A stretch of 64,000 nucleotides of DNA from a virus. The position numbers and the translations under genes are program-made. Numbering within the stretch: the stretch's first letter is position 1; each line of letters begins with the position of its first letter. The DNA lies in UHGV virus genome UHGV-0165490. One strand, 5' to 3'. Of the stretch, positions 41,451 through 49,482 are shown one piece after another. The notes under the pieces were generated by a model. That model did no database searches. It was not told the DNA's origin and saw only the letters and a list, made by a program, of their open reading frames with translations.

Positions 41451-42248
41451 TTATTTTACAATATGAAAGTTTTCGGCGATATTTTTTATAATATCGATAT
41501 AAACATCCTCTGATATCCTTCCATTTTTATAGTTTTTATAAATCGTTTCGAGGTTTGACACCTTGTATTTCGGACGAACCGCTATTTTTAACTTCAATTT
41601 ATCGTTAAGCTCAAATTTATTACCATCACGATCAACCCACTGCATAATGACATTATCCACGCAATCATCAAAAGTCTTTTCATCATTAAATGAATAATCA
41701 ACAAAATCGGCGGACTGCAGCCCCTTCACTATATCGAAAAAGGAATTCGAATTAACAGGCTCGAATGTTAGGGCAAGATTTGTGATCAAAGCTTTCTTAA
41801 CCCTTCTACGATTGTTTTTATCTCTCTCGAGTACTTTCCCCTCGATTGACATTCCCGGTTTCCGTGTCGAACCCGATTCCTCCATCTGAATACACTTATC
41901 CCAGAACGCCCTTGCTTCAGGAGACTTTTTCCACAACCTCCCCTTAACATAAAATTTATTATCTTTCACCCAACCATCTAACGGCTCACCTATCCAATAG
42001 GCTGATTTATTTTTTTCAGCTCTCGAGGGTAGGTGGTCGAGATTAATCAAACCATTCTCCAGAAAATAATCTAATATAAAACCGTTAGGTTCCATCTCTT
42101 CACCCTCCCAATCAACACTATCATCACTTGCCAATCCCTCAAAAATCATATTGTCATACCGGGAATCATCATCCTTATTTAAATTTCCTTTCGCTTTCTC
42201 AACTAAATCAATAGGAAGCCAAAAATTAAATTTATCTTCATTTTTCAT
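41451..42248 (-). CDS. Prohead protease
   Basis: GLAS...DWEGE, NLDH, IGEP, GMSIEG, ALTFEPVN. Confidence 0.92.
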   Translation of the reverse strand: MKNEDKFNFWLPIDLVEKAKGNLNKDDDSRYDNMIFEGLASDDSVDWEGEEMEPNGFILDYFLENGLINLDHLPSRAEKNKSAYWIGEPLDGWVKDNKFYVKGRLWKKSPEARAFWDKCIQMEESGSTRKPGMSIEGKVLERDKNNRRRVKKALITNLALTFEPVNSNSFFDIVKGLQSADFVDYSFNDEKTFDDCVDNVIMQWVDRDGNKFELNDKLKLKIAVRPKYKVSNLETIYKNYKNGRISEDVYIDIIKNIAENFHIVK

Positions 42249-42466
42249 CGCTATTCATCTTTAAATACCCTAATTTAATTACGCGACTGCTGTTCTACTA
42301 AACCCCGCGCATATATGTACACCTTTGTCCACCGTAAATCCATAAACTTTACTGTATGATAAATTTTCAAACCCGGTTTTTTATACGTGAAAGTCTGCAT
42401 GCGAATACCTAATCAAAAAAATCTTACTTATTTCATATTTTGTTTATCTCTTCATTCGCTTTGTTT

Positions 42467-43303
42467 TTAATTCATTAATTGCCACCCATTCAAAGTTTTC
42501 ACATAAATCCTTTCGCACCAAACTTTCTTCCCACCTATCTGGGTACGTTTCGATTTTTCCAAAAATTCTTCGCAAAATTGTTGGACCTGAAGTATACTTT
42601 TTATATCTTTAGACTTAGAAAAAGAGCTGATGGAGCTAAAAAGTATTTTATCCTTGTCCACGTCAGCGGAGACAGAAATGTCGAGATAACCCTCGGGAGT
42701 TACAAGCGCGGAATCACCGGGATGTGTGTGATCGAAGCTCTTTTTCTTTTCCTCTAATTTTCGCGAATGGTCGTATGATGTCAAAACCCAATATTTATCA
42801 CGAAAATTATCGTCCTTATCATACACAACCATTTTTCTAATCACAACACGATAATTATCCTTGTAAATATTCACTTTTCTCCCCTTATCATATGGCTTTC
42901 CCACATCTCCTTCCTTTAAAATCTCTGAGATCTTATCGCACATCTCTTCCTCCGAGGAAAAATCATCTAATTCAATCAAATGTTTATCTCGTATGTGCTT
43001 TAAACCCAGGTGATCATTTCCCCATATTATATCAATATCACCAATTCCGCTAACATTCCAAGCACCTTTAACTTGCCCTGATTTCTTTCTTAATAAAAAA
43101 TTTATCGCAGCTTTAGGTCTTAATTTAAACTCTGAATAATTCGTTCCCCCCAAAATAGAATCTTCACGGGGATACTCATCTTTTTTCGCAAGTGGTCTCC
43201 AGGAACCATCAGGCCGCTTCTTATATTTAACACCAGCCCATTCTCTGATTTCACCAACATGTGCTTTCGCTTTCTCAAATATCTCGACCCAATTAAACGA
43301 CAT
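42467..43303 (-). CDS. PBECR-like (BECR-fold) RNase domain protein flanked by Trp/Tyr motifs
   Basis: GDIDIIWG...GLKHIRDKH...WVLTSY; N- and C-terminal G-x-x-x-x-W-x-x-x-x-Y-x-K-x(3,4)-W motifs. Confidence 0.6.
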   Translation of the reverse strand: MSFNWVEIFEKAKAHVGEIREWAGVKYKKRPDGSWRPLAKKDEYPREDSILGGTNYSEFKLRPKAAINFLLRKKSGQVKGAWNVSGIGDIDIIWGNDHLGLKHIRDKHLIELDDFSSEEEMCDKISEILKEGDVGKPYDKGRKVNIYKDNYRVVIRKMVVYDKDDNFRDKYWVLTSYDHSRKLEEKKKSFDHTHPGDSALVTPEGYLDISVSADVDKDKILFSSISSFSKSKDIKSILQVQQFCEEFLEKSKRTQIGGKKVWCERIYVKTLNGWQLMN

Positions 43304-43308
43304 AAAAA

Positions 43309-44907
43309 TTAATGCATTTGTAACCGATATTTTGTTTGTTTTAAGCTCGCAAGGAAATCATCTATCCAACTAATTTCACCGTCAAAATCGTCCTTTCCTT
43401 CGAGTTCTTTTCTAAACTCAACAGTTCTATCAAAAATTAATTGGCAAATTTTAACCGGGTCACTCTCGTCTATTTCATCTCCCTGAATTTCACCAGCCTT
43501 AAACCTCCCAAAACCCGATTGTCCCGCTTCAGCCATTTTATCTTCAAACTCTGATACATCTTTCGATAAATCATCGAGATACACATGTTTTGAGTTATCC
43601 TTCTCACCCCAATGGATATTTTTCAAACGAGTTTTAATTCCCTCAATAAAATTCAAATAGGTGTTGAATAATGATTTTTCTTCACTTAATGATTTTTCAA
43701 ACGGTTCAACTTTTTGAATACCCAGTTTACCTTCAGCGCTATATTTTTCAAGTACCGATTTAAATATATCTGCGCATTCGAGATCATCAAAATCAACTCG
43801 TAACGAAAAATTTGATTTCTCAACCTTACCATCCGCGGTCTCACCATCCAATGACTCACGAGCTAAAATCTCCGCTTCATCGACACCCATCGCCTTTTCA
43901 GTATTATCGCCCCAACTTTCAGGTAACTGATCTTCCAACCCCAACTCTTTTGCTCTTTTACGTATCCATGCCTTCACTTCACTTTCGGGTAAATTCGATG
44001 CACCCACAAGTTTTATGGCATCCATCAAATCTTGTTTGTTACGAATAGGATATTGTCCTCCCGGCATCGCTTCACCTTCCTTGGCTAACTTTTCACGCTC
44101 CTTCTCTGAAAAATAATGTTTGTTCGATTTTGAAACACATTCAGTGTACAATTCATACGAAATTCTTCCTTCAGCCAGCGCTTTTGTTATTATAACAGCG
44201 CTGTCATTACAAAGATTAAAGAATTTATTCAAATTATCTTGCAAATCGTAAATTAAATCATATTTACCTATTTCATAAGGAAATACCCACTGATACCCGT
44301 CATGTTCCTCACTTTCAAGAATAACAACGGGTTCATTTTTGTCTTGTAACTCCGTGAGATAATACTCGATCTGTGTATCATCGGTATCGTGTACCCCTAT
44401 TAATTTGACCTCGTTATCGGGTTCCAACATGGTTTCTTCCTTCAATTCTCTGATCGCGGCTTGTTTAAAATCTTCATTGGGATCCACGTGCCCACCCGGA
44501 AGGCACCATTCACCCTTTTCCTCGTCACGATCATTATTGAATCTATGAAGCAGAAGAATCTTACCCTCACTATCCTGAACAATCATATCAGCGAATCTTG
44601 TTTTTCCGAGTTTTTCCCTGATAATTTTATTGTAAAGTTGTTTTGATATATCCCGGCTTTTATATAGCGTTAAAAACTGCCTATAACTCTTAATGCGAGA
44701 TATTTCATCTTTAACCGATTTATCCCTCTCAATCACTGCCAGCGATTTAAGTAACTGCTCCCGCTGATTCACAAGGTGAACGACGTCTTCACTACCCTTA
44801 TTTGCTTTTAAAAGACTTTTTTCAACACTCGTTAAATTCTCGAGAAGATGTTGGTATTCATCAATCTTCTGCGATTTACTCTTAAATATATTACTCAAAA
44901 AACCCAT
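43309..44907 (-). CDS. Multidomain protein: Nudix hydrolase + small conserved domain + Dps/ferritin-like domain
   Basis: Nudix box G-HVDPN-E-DFKQAAI-RELKEE; FSEKEREKLAKEGEAMPGGQYPI; IHW...KHVYLD...EDKMAE. Confidence 0.8.
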   Translation of the reverse strand: MGFLSNIFKSKSQKIDEYQHLLENLTSVEKSLLKANKGSEDVVHLVNQREQLLKSLAVIERDKSVKDEISRIKSYRQFLTLYKSRDISKQLYNKIIREKLGKTRFADMIVQDSEGKILLLHRFNNDRDEEKGEWCLPGGHVDPNEDFKQAAIRELKEETMLEPDNEVKLIGVHDTDDTQIEYYLTELQDKNEPVVILESEEHDGYQWVFPYEIGKYDLIYDLQDNLNKFFNLCNDSAVIITKALAEGRISYELYTECVSKSNKHYFSEKEREKLAKEGEAMPGGQYPIRNKQDLMDAIKLVGASNLPESEVKAWIRKRAKELGLEDQLPESWGDNTEKAMGVDEAEILARESLDGETADGKVEKSNFSLRVDFDDLECADIFKSVLEKYSAEGKLGIQKVEPFEKSLSEEKSLFNTYLNFIEGIKTRLKNIHWGEKDNSKHVYLDDLSKDVSEFEDKMAEAGQSGFGRFKAGEIQGDEIDESDPVKICQLIFDRTVEFRKELEGKDDFDGEISWIDDFLASLKQTKYRLQMH

Positions 44908-44912
44908 ATTTC

Positions 44913-45566
44913 TTATCTATTATAATTTACTATCTGTCTAAATAAAGCAACCCGCATGGAATCAAAAAAGATCTCAACATCCCGCCCAACTCTCTCTTCG
45001 TCAAAATCCTCCCTGTATAATTCCTTTAAAACTAATTCGACAATGCTCTTATTGTTATCCAACGCCGGAAACATTGATAGGGGCCTTCCTTTCCAATAAA
45101 AACAGAACAACGAATTTTTCCTATCAGCCACCCGTTGATCAACAATTTCTGTAACCTTATTCACAATCCCCCCTTTATCATCGAGATGGTTTTCTTTCTT
45201 AATTCTCAATATCTCAAAAATTAGTGTATGGCGCGCACACTCCAAACTGTCATGTATCACCGTTTTTATCTGGTCAATGGTGCACTCCTTCGTTGCACCC
45301 TCTCTTACCTCCTTAATCAATGTCAAAAGATTGTCATTTATTTCACTTTGCTTAATCACATATTCACCGATATTGTCCTTCTCTATTAACCTATCAATTA
45401 AATCATTGTTTTTCTTCTCAACCCTCTCAATGACGACCCCCACTTTTTTTATAAGTTTTATAAAAATAACAATAGCTATCGCTGTCATAACCACCATGAT
45501 ACCGTTATCAGTGATTAATTTAACTAATAAATTTACATCTTCCATAAATAATATTTCATTGACCAA
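44913..45566 (-). CDS. Membrane protein, possible holin
   Basis: Single N-terminal TM (GIMVVMTAIAIVIFI) plus soluble helical domain. Confidence 0.45.
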   Translation of the reverse strand: MVNEILFMEDVNLLVKLITDNGIMVVMTAIAIVIFIKLIKKVGVVIERVEKKNNDLIDRLIEKDNIGEYVIKQSEINDNLLTLIKEVREGATKECTIDQIKTVIHDSLECARHTLIFEILRIKKENHLDDKGGIVNKVTEIVDQRVADRKNSLFCFYWKGRPLSMFPALDNNKSIVELVLKELYREDFDEERVGRDVEIFFDSMRVALFRQIVNYNR

Positions 45567-45619
45567 TTACGAATGTAAAAATACGATGATAACAAATATA
45601 ATACAACAATAACTTCATT

Positions 45620-46010
45620 TTAATGCATACCCCCGCTTTCTCCACAAGGAAGAGGGGTTGGATTGGTTTAGATCTTATATGATTTAAATAATCTTATAAT
45701 CCTCTTATTTGTAGGTAGTTATAAAAGTGAATTACATTGTTAGAAATGTTGATTACTACCTATTAGAAGTTAAAGATAGAATCCACCCCTATAACTCAGT
45801 TAGAACTTGTACGCTACGTCTCCACGCGTCTGATGTTGGGTTCTCATTGTTTTCCTTGTGGTTCCTGTTGGTGCGGGTGGACCAGAGCAGGAATTGTTTA
45901 CATCAGGTACCGTCTAACTCTCCAAGTTGTTTTGATGGCATCACCATCTGGATGTCTGGAGTTGAATACACCCTTCAATAAATAAAAAAGCAAAATAAAT
46001 TGCTTAAACT
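45620..46010. ncRNA. Candidate large structured non-coding RNA
   Basis: No credible ORF; at least eight stems including perfect 10-, 8-, 7- and 7-bp long-range pairings and a likely pseudoknot; TATCTTTA promoter motif at 46017-46024 pointing into it. Confidence 0.55.
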
Positions 46011-46016
46011 CAACGG

Positions 46017-46075
46017 TAAAGATATAATTTTTATTTGAAATAACGAGGATAATCAATATAATTTTTATATCTTTA
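46017..46075. promoter_or_regulatory. Divergent promoter pair
   Basis: TATCTTTA on minus (46017-46024) and plus (~46067-46074) strands; direct repeat atataattttta between them. Confidence 0.55.
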
Positions 46076-46102
46076 AAACTGTAATCATTTAAGTGCAATA
46101 AA

Positions 46103-46342
46103 GTGCGAAACGAAAGAATTAACACATGGAAAATTTACATAACTGAAGAAGATTCGGTTGAAGTAAAGGCCCTTCCCGTCTCCTACTGGGAATATAAGCA
46201 GCGAAAAGGGATTGAGGGAACTGATTATGATGATCATATACAAGGTTACATGGTTAAAGGTTTTAACAATGAACCCGTCGTATTTTTACCTGATTATCTT
46301 TTTGACCCACTATTTGAATGTATTGACAGATGGGAACCATGA
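46103..46342 (+). CDS. Small phage protein (KxYI...VKAxP...GYxV family)
   Basis: GTG start after the plus-strand promoter motif; terminator downstream. Confidence 0.55.
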   Translation: MRNERINTWKIYITEEDSVEVKALPVSYWEYKQRKGIEGTDYDDHIQGYMVKGFNNEPVVFLPDYLFDPLFECIDRWEP

Positions 46343-46430
46343 TCCCTAAAAGAAATTTTTCTTGTCTTCCTCGAGGTTTTCACTAATAATAAGCGTATAT
46401 TTAGCCATAGATATTTAAAAACTATTGTTT

Positions 46431-46477
46431 AATAAACACCCGGAATCCATTGAAATTATCCGGGTGTTTATTTTTTT
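46431..46477. terminator. Bidirectional terminator between convergent genes
   Basis: aataaacacccgga/tccgggtgtttatt stem with T tract. Confidence 0.75.
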
Positions 46478-46524
46478 AGCAAATAATATACCAAATTAAA
46501 ATACTGGTGGTATAAATACGTTTA

Positions 46525-46815
46525 CTATTTTCGTAGGTAAATTTTTGGTTGTATTCTAAAATCCAAATGTTGAATAATAACGTTTATTTCCTGAATCATG
46601 AAAATAGGCTCTTTAATAATGTTACAAAAATACGCGCCCCCTTTTTCTTTCGCTGTATCGAAAAAATCTGCCGCGAGCAGACACGTGTAAGGTGTCACCA
46701 CAACTTTTTCAGATAAAGCCTCTAAATCTTCTAATCCACCCTGCTTAGCTAATTCTCTCATCTTGTTCGCGGCCTTGGTGCAAGATGATCTGCTTAAAAA
46801 ACTCATTCTTTTCAT
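46525..46815 (-). CDS. Hypothetical protein
   Basis: ORF in small-gene operon. Confidence 0.55.
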   Translation of the reverse strand: MKRMSFLSRSSCTKAANKMRELAKQGGLEDLEALSEKVVVTPYTCLLAADFFDTAKEKGGAYFCNIIKEPIFMIQEINVIIQHLDFRIQPKIYLRK

Positions 46816-46819
46816 GGAT

Positions 46820-47041
46820 TTAAATATTGGGCATAATTAATTTTTCAAGTCGTTTGGCCGTTTCGGCATCAACTTTGGCGTTAAATTTTCTACAATTAGA
46901 TTCATGGAGCCCGGTCGCTAATTTTCCACAACAACAGAACATTGATTGGCTGTCAGATAATTCATTGAATACCTTTGTTCTCGTTGAGTTCCACTCTTCC
47001 ATAAATTGTGTTTTTAGATATTGTATATTCTGTTTTTTCAT
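46820..47041 (-). CDS. Hypothetical protein (CCCG...H...C metal-binding motif)
   Basis: FCCCGKLATGLHESNC. Confidence 0.6.
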   Translation of the reverse strand: MKKQNIQYLKTQFMEEWNSTRTKVFNELSDSQSMFCCCGKLATGLHESNCRKFNAKVDAETAKRLEKLIMPNI

Positions 47042-47057
47042 ACATTAAATTGTTATT

Positions 47058-47297
47058 TTATTTTGAATAATATTGCTTTTTTATACAACTGTTGGAACCT
47101 AATATACCAATTGGACAATTGTCACAATAATACAGTACTGGTTCTCCAGGTTTCGGTGCTGTACAATAGTAATCCATCTTTTTCATGATAAATTCATTGG
47201 CTCTGTCAATTGTATCGAGTAGACTATTACGTATCTCCTGATGTTTTTATAGCGGGATCAGGTTATCCATTTCTTCTTGTGTAAGTAAATATTTCAT
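47058..47297 (-). pseudogene. Nonsense-interrupted paralog of the C-terminal domain of 61750..62277
   Basis: Reads MKYLLTQEEMDNLIPL*KHQEIRNSLLDTIDRANEFIMKKMDYYC...CDNCPIG; TAA at 47247-47249 where the paralog has Glu. Confidence 0.75.
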
Positions 47298-47301
47298 ATC
47301 G

Positions 47302-47538
47302 TTAATTAATTGCTTCCTGAATACTGTTTACAGCACTTTCCAAACTATCTATCGATTCCTCCATTGAGTAAATTATTTCGTCCATGCGTTCAGCTCTCCC
47401 ACTATTTTGAAGATTTTCAGGTAAATTGTCACGAGACTCCTGTTCTTCATCCTTAATTTCTTCTAACTCACACTTTATGAATTCTATCTGTTCTGATAGA
47501 TCGCATAATTTTATCCTTCGATCTTTGTTCATATTCAA
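47302..47538 (-). CDS. Acidic coiled-coil hypothetical protein
   Basis: MNKDRR...DEEQESRDNLPENLQ, a common phage small-protein pattern. Confidence 0.65.
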   Translation of the reverse strand: MNMNKDRRIKLCDLSEQIEFIKCELEEIKDEEQESRDNLPENLQNSGRAERMDEIIYSMEESIDSLESAVNSIQEAIN

Positions 47539-47550
47539 ATTGTTTTCTAA

Positions 47551-48039
47551 TCATTCATTAATTACTCTATAATTGCCAAATACGTCATTCAGAACAATTC
47601 GACCCTTATTCTTAAAATAAGCAACCATTTTATACGCCCACGCGTAGCTTTTCCCGAATTTTCGTTGTAATTCTTTTGATGAAACAGTGTCTACTGTACT
47701 TATGTATTCATCCACCATTTTTATATCACGAGCATACTCATAGTCTTCTATCATCCTATCCTTTATATGTTCCGGTATAGTGTCTTGCGCATTTTCATAT
47801 TTCTCTCCGCAAAACGGGCAGTATCTAAAACTCATATTCGGACTATATTTCCTTACAGACTTTCCTTTCTTCATACGACCGATTGTTTCAGCATATACAG
47901 CGTAATAAGATGGTTTGCCATCAGGTAGCATTAATGCCTTATTTTGTATTTCAACATTTTCCACGAGTTCACAATCCGGATATTTTTCAACCATTTTGGC
48001 GGTCAATTGTTTTTCTATTCTTTCTATGCAATCACACAT
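47551..48039 (-). CDS. Zn-binding protein fused to FtsK-gamma-like winged helix
   Basis: CDC...CPFCG; C-terminal SSKELQRKFGKSYAWAYKMV...KGRI. Confidence 0.55.
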   Translation of the reverse strand: MCDCIERIEKQLTAKMVEKYPDCELVENVEIQNKALMLPDGKPSYYAVYAETIGRMKKGKSVRKYSPNMSFRYCPFCGEKYENAQDTIPEHIKDRMIEDYEYARDIKMVDEYISTVDTVSSKELQRKFGKSYAWAYKMVAYFKNKGRIVLNDVFGNYRVINE

Positions 48040-48085
48040 AATTCTATTTGTTATTTTTAATGTTATTTTGTTTCAAGCTGTTCGT

Positions 48086-48286
48086 TTATTTATGGTTATT
48101 CGTGAAAAACGCACTAAATAAATCAATATTTCCGTACACAAAATAAATTAAAGCCGGAATTGTTACAATCATACCAGCCACTTTCCCTCCATGTAAATTA
48201 TCACTCGCCCACATCCAAAAAAACGCTGCGAATGAAAAAATGAATGAAGACAAAATTTGATGTAATCTTTTGCGTTTTCCTTCCAT
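48086..48286 (-). CDS. Small two-TM membrane protein
   Basis: Two hydrophobic segments; its ATG is part of repeat copy C. Confidence 0.6.
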   Translation of the reverse strand: MEGKRKRLHQILSSFIFSFAAFFWMWASDNLHGGKVAGMIVTIPALIYFVYGNIDLFSAFFTNNHK

Positions 48287-48410
48287 AACTTCTTTGTTTT
48301 TTAGTTAATTAATCTCGTTTGTTTCAATACCTAAAGATATAAAAAGTATACTTATCTGCCAAATTATTTCGGAGAATTTTTGATTAAAAAATCTGAAAAT
48401 GTGATTTTCC
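48284..48410 (-). repeat. Promoter-leader cassette repeat, copy C (includes ATG)
   Basis: ~127 bp, differs from copy E only by one T in a T run. Confidence 0.92.
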
Positions 48411-48450
48411 AAATTTTAACGCTATATATTTATCAATTAATATTAGAAAA

Positions 48451-48912
48451 ATGCTAAAAGAGGAAATAAGAAATCTTATAAAAAGCGTGATAACGCATTT
48501 GGGGTTTTATAGTGTTGACGCTGTTGAATTAATGATGTTAACCTGTTCACAGGAATCACATCTGGGTAAACTTCGTTTCCAGCCACGAAGAAAAACATGT
48601 TTTGGTATTTTCCAAATGAATGTGAATACATTTAACGATATAGTCAATAACTATTTAAAATTTAAACCCGAGCTAAAAAGGAAAGTAATGGAGGTTTCGG
48701 GTGTTAAAAATTTCATCGCCTCTGATATGGCCGAAAATGATAGATTGGCAATATGTATGTGCCGAATTCATTATTTAAGAAAAACCGAAAAAATACCATC
48801 ATGTGTCAATGTCGAGGAAATGGCGTATTATTATGAAAAATACTATGACACCGTACCCAATGAAAGAGTATCGAATGAAGCAGTTATTAATTATAAACGA
48901 TTTGCGTTATGA
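48451..48912 (+). CDS. Lysozyme/transglycosylase-like protein
   Basis: QESHLG catalytic Glu motif, GIFQM, CRIHY...KYYDT. Confidence 0.65.
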   Translation: MLKEEIRNLIKSVITHLGFYSVDAVELMMLTCSQESHLGKLRFQPRRKTCFGIFQMNVNTFNDIVNNYLKFKPELKRKVMEVSGVKNFIASDMAENDRLAICMCRIHYLRKTEKIPSCVNVEEMAYYYEKYYDTVPNERVSNEAVINYKRFAL

Positions 48913-49124
48913 AAAAAATTATTGATTTTTTAAAAAGTGAAGGTTTTTTGTGCCTTTTAATCACATTTTTAATATGTGCATTCCTCCCCGCGTGGACGGG
49001 GCTTGTATCAATGTTATTACTTCTCGCGTGTAACGTTATTTACACAAAGAACGCAGATATTTACAATGTGATCGGATTCGGGGCTGGTTACGTTCTATCT
49101 GTTATTCAACATATGATATATTGA
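48909..49124 (+). CDS. Small multi-TM membrane protein (holin-like)
   Basis: Mostly hydrophobic; ATGA overlap with the upstream gene. Confidence 0.5.
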   Translation: MKKIIDFLKSEGFLCLLITFLICAFLPAWTGLVSMLLLLACNVIYTKNADIYNVIGFGAGYVLSVIQHMIY

Positions 49125-49134
49125 TCAGTTCAAT

Positions 49135-49161
49135 AAAAAATGGGGTTTAAACCCCATTTTT
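49135..49161. terminator. Bidirectional terminator
   Basis: aaaaatggggttt/aaaccccattttt between convergent genes. Confidence 0.8.
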
Positions 49162-49185
49162 GTTATCATTATCTCATCTCTTATT

Positions 49186-49482
49186 TTATTTTTTTTCACT
49201 TTTCTTAGGCTCATCGAAAGTTTTACCTTCCTCGGCCGCTTTATCTAATTGACCGGCCTCAATTTTCTTGTTTTCCTCCGATTGCGCATGAGTTTGTAAA
49301 AGAAGAGTTTGGAGTAATGCATCCATGTTCATTTGTAAATCCGTCGCTGCGTTAATCTCTTTTTCAAGATTAATTTGCATAAGATGAGTCATCACTTTTT
49401 TACACTGTAAAAAACCCATCTCAACCCATTGGATGTTCGCTTCTAAAGCGCTTTTGATTTCCTTAATTTGTTCTTCGTTCAT
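49186..49482 (-). CDS. Hypothetical protein
   Basis: ORF in operon. Confidence 0.6.
   Translation of the reverse strand: MNEEQIKEIKSALEANIQWVEMGFLQCKKVMTHLMQINLEKEINAATDLQMNMDALLQTLLLQTHAQSEENKKIEAGQLDKAAEEGKTFDEPKKSEKK

Noticed and set aside
42249..42466. Small ORF or intein remnant (KVYGFTV...) between the protease and PBECR genes
   Set aside because: Too short, no start or terminal Asn-Cys/Ser/Thr in that frame; not supportable
45620..46010. tmRNA, RNase P RNA, tRNA or group I/II intron identity for the structured region
   Set aside because: No tRNA-like ends, no GAGGAAAGUCC/P4 signature, no recognisable P7 or domain V, and no interrupted gene
45727..46125. ORFs 45727..45981 (+) and 45898..46125 (-)
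   Set aside because: Non-ATG starts and atypical composition; the region is better explained by nucleotide-level structure
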